A DNA stretch of 45,046 nt from Anaerolineales bacterium (lineage in GTDB: Bacteria; Chloroflexota; Anaerolineae; Anaerolineales; RBG-16-64-43): contig JBEKDW010000001.1 of NCBI GenBank assembly GCA_050014155.1, positions 1 to 45,046 on the forward strand, in the 5' to 3' direction. Under the pieces are notes generated by a model. That model was not told where the DNA came from. It saw only the letters and a program-made list of their open reading frames with translations, and did no database searches. This document shows positions 26,891 to 34,157 of this stretch, in pieces; positions within the stretch are counted from its first letter, which is position 1, and every line of letters begins with the position of its first letter. A program made the translations under genes and the position numbers.

Positions 26891-28669
26891 TCAACCGGTT
26901 GCCGTCGTGTCGACGGCTGTTGGCGGCTCTGTCGGTACATCCGTAGGCGGATTCACGGTCGGCTGCTCCGTCGGAGAGAGTTCCGGCGTGGCAGTGGGAT
27001 TCGAGCCGGACACCGGCACCTCGGTGGTTTTAGCCGGTACGTATCTTTGCGTCCGCGTAGGAGTTGCAGTCTGGGTTGCGGACGGCAGCGTGGTGGGCGT
27101 GATCCACGCCGCATCCATTCCGCCGAGACCGACCCACAGGTCGTACCGAGCTTGCTCGAGGGGACCCATCCCGCTGGTGCTGGCCCAGGTAGATTGACCC
27201 TCGCTCAATTGCAGAACGTCGCGAACGTTCGCCACCAGGCACTCTCCTTCCAGACAATCCGCATCCAGCCGGGATTGCGCCGGATCGAAGGCTGCGCCCA
27301 GGATGAAACCCCACACCTGTGCCCGGAGATTTCCCGGCGCCGCGATCGTACTGGAATACCCGGCCGGCGGAGAATACACGACGAGCAGCCTGCCTTGTTC
27401 CAGGGTGAGGATGTTGTTCCGTTCCTCGGTCCGCGGGTCGGCGATCTGCGTCAGGGTAACTTTGGAGAACCGGTCCAGATAGATCCTGGACGAATCCGGC
27501 AGGATGAATTGGATGCTTCCCTCCAAAGTTTGCAGCGTGCCACCGGCATGGATCGGGAGGGATGAGTTGGATTGCAGTTTTGCCGGCAGTTGGCCGGATT
27601 CCATATACAGAACATCCCCGCCGGATTCCACGATCCGGATTGATCCCACAGGCAAAGCGATGGTTGGGGTTGTGATGTGCGAAAGGAAATTCGGAAGAAG
27701 AACCGCGCCCGCAAAAATCAAGACGGTAAGGACCGTCAGAATTAACACCAGGCGAAGAAGACTCTTCCCCAGGACACCGGCGCCTCCGGTTTTTTCAAGA
27801 ACGACCACCGATGCATTGTCATTGGCGTTGCGCCCCATGGCCTTGCTCACCAGGGTGCGCGCCGCCTGAAGCGGGGGATTGCGCGTAAGAATTTCCGGGA
27901 ATTCCGCGGCTTCGACGAAGTGACCCCGCCCGTCCGGCCGTTCCTTGATCAACCCATCGCTGCACAGCACCACGTGATCCCCGGACTTGAGGGGCGTTCC
28001 CTGCCGGGAGCGTGCGGCGGCCTCGTCCTCCCGCGCGTTCCAGTACAGGCCGAGGTCGACGGTAACTTCCGGCTCGGATCCGATCGAACGGACGAGCAAA
28101 CCGGCGTGCGGGTTGCGCACCGCTTCCTGCGGGCGCAGCTTGCCAAGGCGGATCATCTCCTCCCCCCAATTGTGATCCGAGGTGAGCTGGATCACTTTCC
28201 CATCGCGCACCAGGTACGCGCGGCTGTCTCCCACCGAAGCGATATACAGGCGGTCCCGGCAGACGATGGCCGCCGTTGCGGTGGAACCCATGTCGCGCTT
28301 GTGTTCTTCCTGTTGTCCTTCCTCGAAGACGGCTTGGTTGGCCTGCTGGAGGGCTGCTTCCAGGATCTGGGGAAAATCGCCGCCGGTGGACCCGCGGACG
28401 AAATCGACGATGGTTTCCACTGTGAGGTTCGCCGCGCGCTCGCCCGAGGATTCTCCGCCGATCCCGTCGGCCACGATGGCCAGGGTGACCGCCTGGCCGC
28501 CGGCGGTGGTCATCGTTTCGGCGAAGTAGGCGTCTTCCAGCAGACGCCGTTTGGGTGAGGCGCCGATGTTTTGATCCATGCCGATGCGGATCGATCCGGC
28601 GCGCGGGGCGTTTCCGGGCCGAGGTCCGGTTGGAGTGGAAACGGATTGGGTCGAGGTTAAATCTTCCAT
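26891..28669 (-). CDS. PP2C-family Ser/Thr phosphatase (cytoplasmic) - TM - FecR-like domain (extracytoplasmic) - Pro/Thr tail
   Basis: PP2C motifs LEDAYF, ADGIGG, GSTATAAIV, ASVGDSRAYL, LCSDGL and NDNASVVVL. A single TM segment LVLILTVLTVLIFAGAVLL is followed by a FecR-like beta-rich region and a PT-rich C-terminus. Confidence 0.8.
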   Translation of the reverse strand: MEDLTSTQSVSTPTGPRPGNAPRAGSIRIGMDQNIGASPKRRLLEDAYFAETMTTAGGQAVTLAIVADGIGGESSGERAANLTVETIVDFVRGSTGGDFPQILEAALQQANQAVFEEGQQEEHKRDMGSTATAAIVCRDRLYIASVGDSRAYLVRDGKVIQLTSDHNWGEEMIRLGKLRPQEAVRNPHAGLLVRSIGSEPEVTVDLGLYWNAREDEAAARSRQGTPLKSGDHVVLCSDGLIKERPDGRGHFVEAAEFPEILTRNPPLQAARTLVSKAMGRNANDNASVVVLEKTGGAGVLGKSLLRLVLILTVLTVLIFAGAVLLPNFLSHITTPTIALPVGSIRIVESGGDVLYMESGQLPAKLQSNSSLPIHAGGTLQTLEGSIQFILPDSSRIYLDRFSKVTLTQIADPRTEERNNILTLEQGRLLVVYSPPAGYSSTIAAPGNLRAQVWGFILGAAFDPAQSRLDADCLEGECLVANVRDVLQLSEGQSTWASTSGMGPLEQARYDLWVGLGGMDAAWITPTTLPSATQTATPTRTQRYVPAKTTEVPVSGSNPTATPELSPTEQPTVNPPTDVPTEPPTAVDTTATG

Positions 28670-28811
28670 ACGTGAACCTATGAATAATTCAATTATGCGA
28701 ATCGATCATCATGCTGATCGCCGAACGGGAAAACGGGATCCGATGCAGCGAGTGCCGTAAAGGTATTCGCGAGATTCTTTCGCCGGTGTAGCGAATGGGC
28801 TAACGCAAAAT

Positions 28812-28931
28812 GTCATTCCGAGCTCGAGCGTAGCGAGGGCGAGGAATCGGTGACGAATGGATAAAATGAGTCCGACTCCATGAAATGCGTCACCGATTCC
28901 TCCTCGCCCCTTCGGGGCTCGTCGGAATGAC
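28812..28931. repeat. 120-bp palindromic MITE/REP-like element (copy A, loop inverted relative to copies C and D)
   Basis: Termini GTCATTCCGAG...GTCGGAATGAC with internal arms GAGGAATCGGTGAC / GTCACCGATTCCTC. It lies between the vWA-FHA and PP2C genes. Confidence 0.8.
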
Positions 28932-28986
28932 ATCAAGTAGGTGCCGGTCTTCTCCATCATAATCTCCGCCATCTATCGGATCCGGT

Positions 28987-30918
28987 CTATTCCCGGCTGA
29001 CCCGGTTGGTGGATTCGACGTCCATCGTTCCGCTTCCGCGCCCGCCTTCGCCCTGGGACTTGAATTGCAGCCGGACCCCGCCCTTTTCCGTGTTGGCCAG
29101 TTGAATCTCATCCCCCTCTTTCAGCGGATAGCGGTCCATCGGAACCATCCGTAGTCCGTTGAGATAGGTGCCATTTGCGCTTTGGTCGTTGCGGACGAAG
29201 AAACTTCCGTCCTCTTCCAGGATGGTGCAATGCAAGCGGCTGATCGGACTATCGGACTGGTTGGCTTGGAAAATCAGATCGGCGTTTTTCTTGGATCGCC
29301 CGATGGAGGTCGTGCCGAACAAATCAAAGGAGGTCCGGCCGGTGCCGGTGTTTCCGTCCAGATCCACCAGGACCGCTTTCACCGAACCGGGGCGGTTTTT
29401 AAAACGCAGTGTCTCCCCCACTTCCTGGAAAAAGTCGGTGGCGGCGCCGGCTACTTCCCCGGCCGTCCCGGCCACCTGCCTGCGGAAAACCACCACCAGA
29501 ACCACGGCGGCGAGGGCGATAAGAATCGACAGATACGGCAGCAGGTTGGAAGCCGAGAGATTGCACAGCGGGGAAGAACTCCCGGGTTTGCATAACGAAA
29601 AGGCGCCGCCGGAGGTAATGCGCACAACGATCTGATCGCTCAGACCGGTCAACCCCAATTCGTCCTCGATTTGAATCTGCAGGGTGACGGGGCCGGAGGA
29701 ATTTTCCTTGGAGGGATTCCATACGAAGGTTAATTGATCCTTCGGGCCGTCCAGGGTCGCTTCGGGATTTCCGTTGACGAGCAACGCGGCTTGTTTGATG
29801 GTGCGCGGATGACCGTCTGGCCAGGATACCGTTCCGGTCACCACGATTCCCGAAACCGGGGTGGCTTTGGGATTCTCGGTCGGCTTGTATTTCTCCGGAC
29901 TCACCGATTGATCGTTGCCCGGAGATAGGATGACAGCTACGGGAGGCTTGACATCGATCGTATATTGCGCCATCGCCGGTTTTTCGCCCTGGCCGTAGGC
30001 GAGCGCGAGGGAGACCACCCGGGTTCCGCTTTCGGCGTTGGGAGACCGGTAGGTGAGAATGAACTGGTTGCGGATTCCCATTAGGCGCGATTTCAACCCC
30101 GAAGGGCTGGAAGGCCCTTCCGGGCCGGGGTAGAAGAACTGTCCTCCGGTTTGATCCGCGAGGCTTTGCAGGGTCTCCTGCTGGCCCAGGGAAGATCGGA
30201 CGAGCACGGTATGCACCGCGACACCCATGGCTTTGGCTTTATCGGCGATGGTTTTCAAGGGATATTTTTGATCAACGAACATCGATCCGGAAAAAACAAT
30301 AATGGCCTGGCCCCGTCCGATCCCGGAGGAATTTTCCTTGGCGAACCAATCCAGCATGGAATTCACCCCGCCGAGAAGATAGGCGTACTGATAGGTGATC
30401 TGCGGATTGTACTGTCCGAGGATCGTCGGAATTTGAGTCGCCTGGGTGTCCGGGGTTACCAGCGTGGTGGGGCCGTGCGGTTCCTGGGCGACGACGTAGA
30501 AGACGTCCTTCCCGGTCAGGAGCAGCGGATCCTGGGTGAGTTCCTGGATGGCGTCTTTCATTTCCTGCAGGCGCGTCGCGCCGCTGGCTCCGCCGCTATA
30601 CAGCCCCATCCCGGCATCCATGAGGAATCCGATTTCGGCGCCGAGTTCCTTTTGCTCCACGGTGAACGCCACCGAGCGGCTGTTTTCCGATAGGGTGAGA
30701 TTCTGATTGGAGGGGGTTGCCGCCGTGGCTCCGTTCGGATCCAGCATCAGAACCTGCACGCGGATTTCGGGGAAGGCGCTGGTATCCAGTTTGACGATTT
30801 GTACCGTGGTGGCCGTCCCCTGCGATCGGACCTTTTCCGTAGGGAGCGCGAGTCCTACCGCGCTGAGAAGGAAAAAGATTGGGAGAACACGGAGAACGGA
30901 CCGGCGGAAAAAGGGCAT
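28987..30918 (-). CDS. Signal peptide - vWA-like domain (extracytoplasmic) - TM - FHA domain (cytoplasmic)
   Basis: The start at 30918 has a GGAGGAG RBS. The signal peptide is MPFFRRSVLRVLPIFFLLSAVGLA. The vWA-like alpha/beta region has a degenerate MIDAS (DAGMG instead of DxSxS). The TM segment is LLPYLSILIALAAVVLVVVF. The C-terminal FHA reads TSIGRS...ISRLHC.I......F.V.D..S.NGTYLNG. Confidence 0.7.
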   Translation of the reverse strand: MPFFRRSVLRVLPIFFLLSAVGLALPTEKVRSQGTATTVQIVKLDTSAFPEIRVQVLMLDPNGATAATPSNQNLTLSENSRSVAFTVEQKELGAEIGFLMDAGMGLYSGGASGATRLQEMKDAIQELTQDPLLLTGKDVFYVVAQEPHGPTTLVTPDTQATQIPTILGQYNPQITYQYAYLLGGVNSMLDWFAKENSSGIGRGQAIIVFSGSMFVDQKYPLKTIADKAKAMGVAVHTVLVRSSLGQQETLQSLADQTGGQFFYPGPEGPSSPSGLKSRLMGIRNQFILTYRSPNAESGTRVVSLALAYGQGEKPAMAQYTIDVKPPVAVILSPGNDQSVSPEKYKPTENPKATPVSGIVVTGTVSWPDGHPRTIKQAALLVNGNPEATLDGPKDQLTFVWNPSKENSSGPVTLQIQIEDELGLTGLSDQIVVRITSGGAFSLCKPGSSSPLCNLSASNLLPYLSILIALAAVVLVVVFRRQVAGTAGEVAGAATDFFQEVGETLRFKNRPGSVKAVLVDLDGNTGTGRTSFDLFGTTSIGRSKKNADLIFQANQSDSPISRLHCTILEEDGSFFVRNDQSANGTYLNGLRMVPMDRYPLKEGDEIQLANTEKGGVRLQFKSQGEGGRGSGTMDVESTNRVSRE

Positions 30919-31182
30919 AGCTCCTCCAATGCGCCGCGCCAAGAGTGCGCGGGATTGCAGCCCGGGATAAAACCCATCGGTTTACTTTCAAGAACGAAGG
31001 AATGATTATCGCGGGGAAAGAATAATTTTCCAGCGAGATTGATTGCCGGAAAAGCGATCGGCGATGCCATGGGATCCCATCGCGGCCGCGGATCCAGATA
31101 GAAACGATGTTTTTGCGATGTGTTCCAGCCGTTCATCGTGCCCCCTCTTAGACCAATCGAAACGCAGTACCCGCCCGTGCGG

Positions 31183-31210
31183 AAAAAAATAACGCAGCCT
31201 TAGCGGCTTC
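31183..31210 (-). terminator. Weak terminator-like hairpin plus T7 tract downstream of the HAD-DinB gene
   Basis: The minus strand reads GAAGCC-GCTAA-GGCTGC (5 of 6 pairs) followed by GTTATTTTTTT. The stem is weak. Confidence 0.3.
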
Positions 31211-31433
31211 GCGAACCGTCCAGTAGTCCAGATGCAATGGATGAAACCGCCGGTTTAGGGATAAGGAAGAAATGGGAAGGCGAAGCACTCCTTGCGCCTC
31301 CAAACGGAATTATTGGTTGAGAGGAAAAACCTTGAAGGGATTATACCCCGGGTTTCTTTCCCCCATGGATATTCCGATTATAAATCCGGCCGATCGGAAT
31401 CACAATTCATCTGTGGCATACGCACGGGATGGT

Positions 31434-32630
31434 TCATTGGCCGCAGACGGCCAACGCACCTTGCAACTGTTCGATATGCAGAAGATCGTGGCGCGCGGAA
31501 AATTGCGCCTGCTCGGCCAGCGTCGTCGGTCCGAAGAGCGCGTGCCGTCCCGGGCGTTGCCAATCCGCCGGGGAAAGACCGCGCAATCGGGCGATCGTCT
31601 CCTTTCGCGCGCGGGTGAACTCCTGCAGCGCCTCCGGACCGTTTTGCGACCGGTAGTTCCGCTCTTCAGCCCACTGATCGGATTCCACCGCGGGCAGATA
31701 TGGATTGTCTTCCGCGACCATTTTTTTCAACCGCGGTTGGGTGATCTCCCGCTCCACGTCCCGCAGATGGCAGGCGATCTCGACCGGTCCCCATCCTTCT
31801 TCCGCCGGACAGCGAGGCCATGTGGTCTGGCTGAAAAAATACAGGAGGGCGCCCAGGTGCCCGGAGAGCAGGGCGGGCAGCGCGCACGGGGAAGTCTCAG
31901 AGGGGAGAAAAATTCCCGGATCACCGTTTTCCACAAAGAGGCTTGCGGCAAGCTGCGGCATCGATCCTTCACCGGGCGCCGTCTCCGAAGCCGCTTCATT
32001 TGCGACGCGGACTCGATACGATGCCAGCCCCAGCGCCCGCGCCGGGGCGATATCTTCCGAGGGATCGTTTCCGACAAACACCGCCTCGGCCGGCTGGGCG
32101 ACGATCCTTCCGAGAACTTCGGCCACATATTCCGGGCGCGGCTTGGCAAAATGCATGGTCTCGTAAGACGTCACCAGATCGAACGGCGTACCGGCTGGAT
32201 CGATCCCGGCCCACTCCAGGCGCCGGTCCATCGCCGCCATCGGGAAGAGCGGATTGGTGGCCACCACCACCTTCCAGCGGCGGGCGAAGGCGCATTCCAC
32301 CGCGCGCGGCGCCGTTTCCACCGGACGGGTCGGGCCCTTCAGCAGCGGGTACCCTTCCCGGTAGAACCGGTCGAACTCGGGTCCAAGACTCGCCCGATCC
32401 AATCTGACCATCGGAAAAAATACCGCATCGAACGCCTGCTGCAGCGTGATTTCCGGATCGTCGTTGCGAAGCATCGCTTGTGTCCCGGCCATCAATGCAT
32501 CCGTCAGGTGCGACGGATCGAGACGGGGCGCCATGAATTCGCCCAGGGATTGCAGATAGGCGGGGAGAAAACGATGGATATCGTTTTCCAGCAGCGTACC
32601 GTCCAGATCGAAAAGGATGGCGGAGATCAT
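31434..32630 (-). CDS. HAD-superfamily hydrolase fused to a DinB-like (DinB_2) four-helix domain
   Basis: The N-terminal motif I is FDLDGTL, with later VATN, K-P and GNDPSED motifs. The C-terminal 150 aa carry the His pattern of DinB-family proteins (HL-x..., HDLLHIEQL). Confidence 0.65.
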   Translation of the reverse strand: MISAILFDLDGTLLENDIHRFLPAYLQSLGEFMAPRLDPSHLTDALMAGTQAMLRNDDPEITLQQAFDAVFFPMVRLDRASLGPEFDRFYREGYPLLKGPTRPVETAPRAVECAFARRWKVVVATNPLFPMAAMDRRLEWAGIDPAGTPFDLVTSYETMHFAKPRPEYVAEVLGRIVAQPAEAVFVGNDPSEDIAPARALGLASYRVRVANEAASETAPGEGSMPQLAASLFVENGDPGIFLPSETSPCALPALLSGHLGALLYFFSQTTWPRCPAEEGWGPVEIACHLRDVEREITQPRLKKMVAEDNPYLPAVESDQWAEERNYRSQNGPEALQEFTRARKETIARLRGLSPADWQRPGRHALFGPTTLAEQAQFSARHDLLHIEQLQGALAVCGQ

Positions 32631-32669
32631 GGTCGTGAGTGTTGGAAAGAGAGCCTATGCTTTGAAGTC

Positions 32670-32713
32670 AGAGATTCCTCGCCCATCGCCTTCGGCTCCG
32701 GGCTCGGAATGAC
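32670..32713. repeat. Partial copy (right arm only) of the palindromic element (copy B)
   Basis: ...GATTCCTCGCCC...GGGCTCGGAATGAC. It is truncated on the side facing the HAD-DinB start codon. Confidence 0.6.
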
Positions 32714-32742
32714 ATATGAAAGGAATGATCCCTCCACAGTAT

Positions 32743-32862
32743 GTCATTCCGAGGAGCCCTGAATGGGCGACGAGGAATCGGTGACGCATTTCATGAAGTC
32801 GGACTTTTCTATTCCATTCGTTACCGATTCCTCCCCCTCGCTGCGATCGGTGTTGGAATGAC
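32743..32862. repeat. 120-bp palindromic element (copy C)
   Basis: GTCATTCCGAGGAGCCC...GAGGAATCGGTGACGCATTTCATGAAGTCGGAC...CCGATTCCTCCCCCTCGC...GGAATGAC. Confidence 0.8.
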
Positions 32863-32891
32863 AGGCTACAGAAAGACCATCCCTTTCGGGT

Positions 32892-33011
32892 GTCATTCCG
32901 AGGAGCCCTGAAAGGGCGACGAGGAATCGGTGGCGCATTTCATGAAGTCGGACTTCTCTATTCCATTCGTTGCCGATTCCTCCCCCTCGCTGCGCTCGGG
33001 CTCGGAATGAC
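32892..33011. repeat. 120-bp palindromic element (copy D, tandem to C with a 149-nt period)
   Basis: Near-identical to copy C. The termini GTCATTCCGAG / CTCGGAATGAC are perfect. Confidence 0.85.
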
Positions 33012-33031
33012 ATACTGCGTTAGCCTATCCG

Positions 33032-33355
33032 CTACAACGGCGGAAGAATCTCCTGCAAACCCCGGTGGCATTCGCTGCAACCGATGTGGGGATCGGAGAC
33101 GACCCGGTCCATCTGCCGGCAATAGGCCGTCACTTTTACGCGGCGTCCCAAGCCGAATAATCCCGATACCGCTTCGCCGCGCAGAGTCATATTCGGGCAG
33201 GCGTTATCCGCAAGGACCCCGGGAACCGGACAGTCTTTGCACAGCGGCGGCGTCCATCCGCCGTGTGGTCCCAGCAAGCGGCATTCCATCACGGATCGTC
33301 CGCGATAAAAATCCTGGTAATAATAGGAACATTCTTTTCCGTAGGGTGTGCGCAT
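33032..33355 (-). CDS. Small Cys-rich protein (107 aa, 8 Cys including two CxxC), unknown function
   Basis: The ATG lies 3 nt after the efp stop (TAA ATC ATG). Cys residues are at positions 9, 25, 39, 42, 53, 79, 93 and 96 (CKDC, CSEC). No family recognised. Confidence 0.55.
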   Translation of the reverse strand: MRTPYGKECSYYYQDFYRGRSVMECRLLGPHGGWTPPLCKDCPVPGVLADNACPNMTLRGEAVSGLFGLGRRVKVTAYCRQMDRVVSDPHIGCSECHRGLQEILPPL

Positions 33356-33358
33356 GAT

Positions 33359-33916
33359 TTAGGCGCGGGTGAGGTAGTCTCCGGTGCGCGTGTCCACCCG
33401 GATCGTATCGCCGATGGAAACGAAAAGCGGGACCATCACCTTCAGGCCGGTTTCGGTCGTGACGTTCTTGGTCGCGCCGGTGGCGGTATCGCCCTTGACG
33501 CCCATTTCCGCCTCGACCACTTTGAGGTCCACCGACGCGGGCAGTTCCAGGTCGATGGGTTCCGAGTCGTGGAAAGTGAGTTTCACCTCGAGCCCTTCTT
33601 TAAGAAAGGGGGCGTTCTCTCCGATGATAGCCGCCGCGATGGCCGGCTGATCGTAGCTCTCCGTGTCCATGAAGTGAAACAGATTGCCGTCGGAATAAAG
33701 ATACTGGGCTTGATGATGGTCCAGACGGATATCCTGCACCCGGTCGCCGGATTGGAAGGTTTTTTCCACGATGTTGCCGGTGCGCAGGTCGCGGATCCGC
33801 GTCCGGATGGTGGCGTTGCCGCGGCCGGGTTTGTTATGCGAATATTCGAGGACCTTGTAGAGCCGCTTGTCGAGCTCGAAGGTCACTCCCTTGCGGAGGT
33901 CGTTTACATCAATCAT
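33359..33916 (-). CDS. efp: Translation elongation factor P
   Basis: Full-length match to the EF-P pattern (MIDVNDLRKG...KPGRGNA...YLY.DG....FMD..SY.Q...VKGDTA....K...ETG). The loop-tip residue 32 is Arg. Confidence 0.9.
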   Translation of the reverse strand: MIDVNDLRKGVTFELDKRLYKVLEYSHNKPGRGNATIRTRIRDLRTGNIVEKTFQSGDRVQDIRLDHHQAQYLYSDGNLFHFMDTESYDQPAIAAAIIGENAPFLKEGLEVKLTFHDSEPIDLELPASVDLKVVEAEMGVKGDTATGATKNVTTETGLKVMVPLFVSIGDTIRVDTRTGDYLTRA

Positions 33917-33951
33917 GGATTACTGCCTTTTCTAGAATGAGATCGGGCCGG

Positions 33952-33957
33952 ATTATA
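33952..33957 (-). promoter_or_regulatory. TATAAT -10 box about 35 nt upstream of efp
   Basis: The minus strand reads CCGGTATAATCCGG. The same GGTATAATCC context recurs at 20245-20254 (plus strand) and 31338-31347 (minus strand). Confidence 0.35.
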
Positions 33958-34157
33958 CCGGAGAGCGGCGCGCGGGGAAAGATGGCATGGTTTAAGGCGG
34001 AAGGTCGCGTGCACCAGGCGGGCTGACCTAACACCTTCCATTTAAGGAAGGGGAGGGAAGGAAGCGACAGATTTACAAGGAAAGATTTCTTTTTGGGGAG
34101 AGGTTGGGTTAGTTTTCGTTCGCGATTATTTTTTACAAACGATACCGATTGCGTTCT

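Noticed and set aside
28709-28972. 87-aa ORF, together with ORFs 32744-33013 (minus strand), 32890-33357 (plus strand), 6267-6479 (plus strand) and the N-terminal 143 codons of 35546-36649
   Set aside because: All are read-through translations of the palindromic repeat elements (typical SFRG/GMTY-type artefact peptides). The same DNA reads open on both strands because it is a palindrome.
31055-31095. Cluster of NcoI/BamHI/SacII/NotI/BamHI/PvuI-type palindromes as a cloning-vector polylinker contaminant
   Set aside because: The flanking sequence is continuous with native-looking genes on both sides. The order does not match any polylinker I know, and GC-rich genomes generate such 6-8-mers readily. 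It is kept only as a possible regulatory palindrome cluster.
30855-31136. 93-aa minus-strand ORF with a GAGGGGG RBS upstream of, and overlapping, the vWA-FHA start
   Set aside because: Third-position GC is much lower than in neighbouring genes. It overlaps the vWA-FHA coding start by about 64 nt in another frame and has no motifs. It is possibly a leader peptide, but this is unsupported.
31272-32762. 496-aa ORF on the plus strand
   Set aside because: It is antisense to the well-supported HAD-DinB gene. The product is Arg/Gly/Pro-rich low-complexity sequence, typical of a shadow ORF in high-GC DNA, and its 3-prime end runs into the palindromic repeats.
32670-33011. Possible CRISPR array (regularly spaced repeats with 29-nt gaps)
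   Set aside because: The repeats are 120 bp long and internally palindromic, there are only about 2.3 units, and the two gaps partly resemble each other. No cas genes are present. This is a tandem MITE/REP array, not CRISPR.
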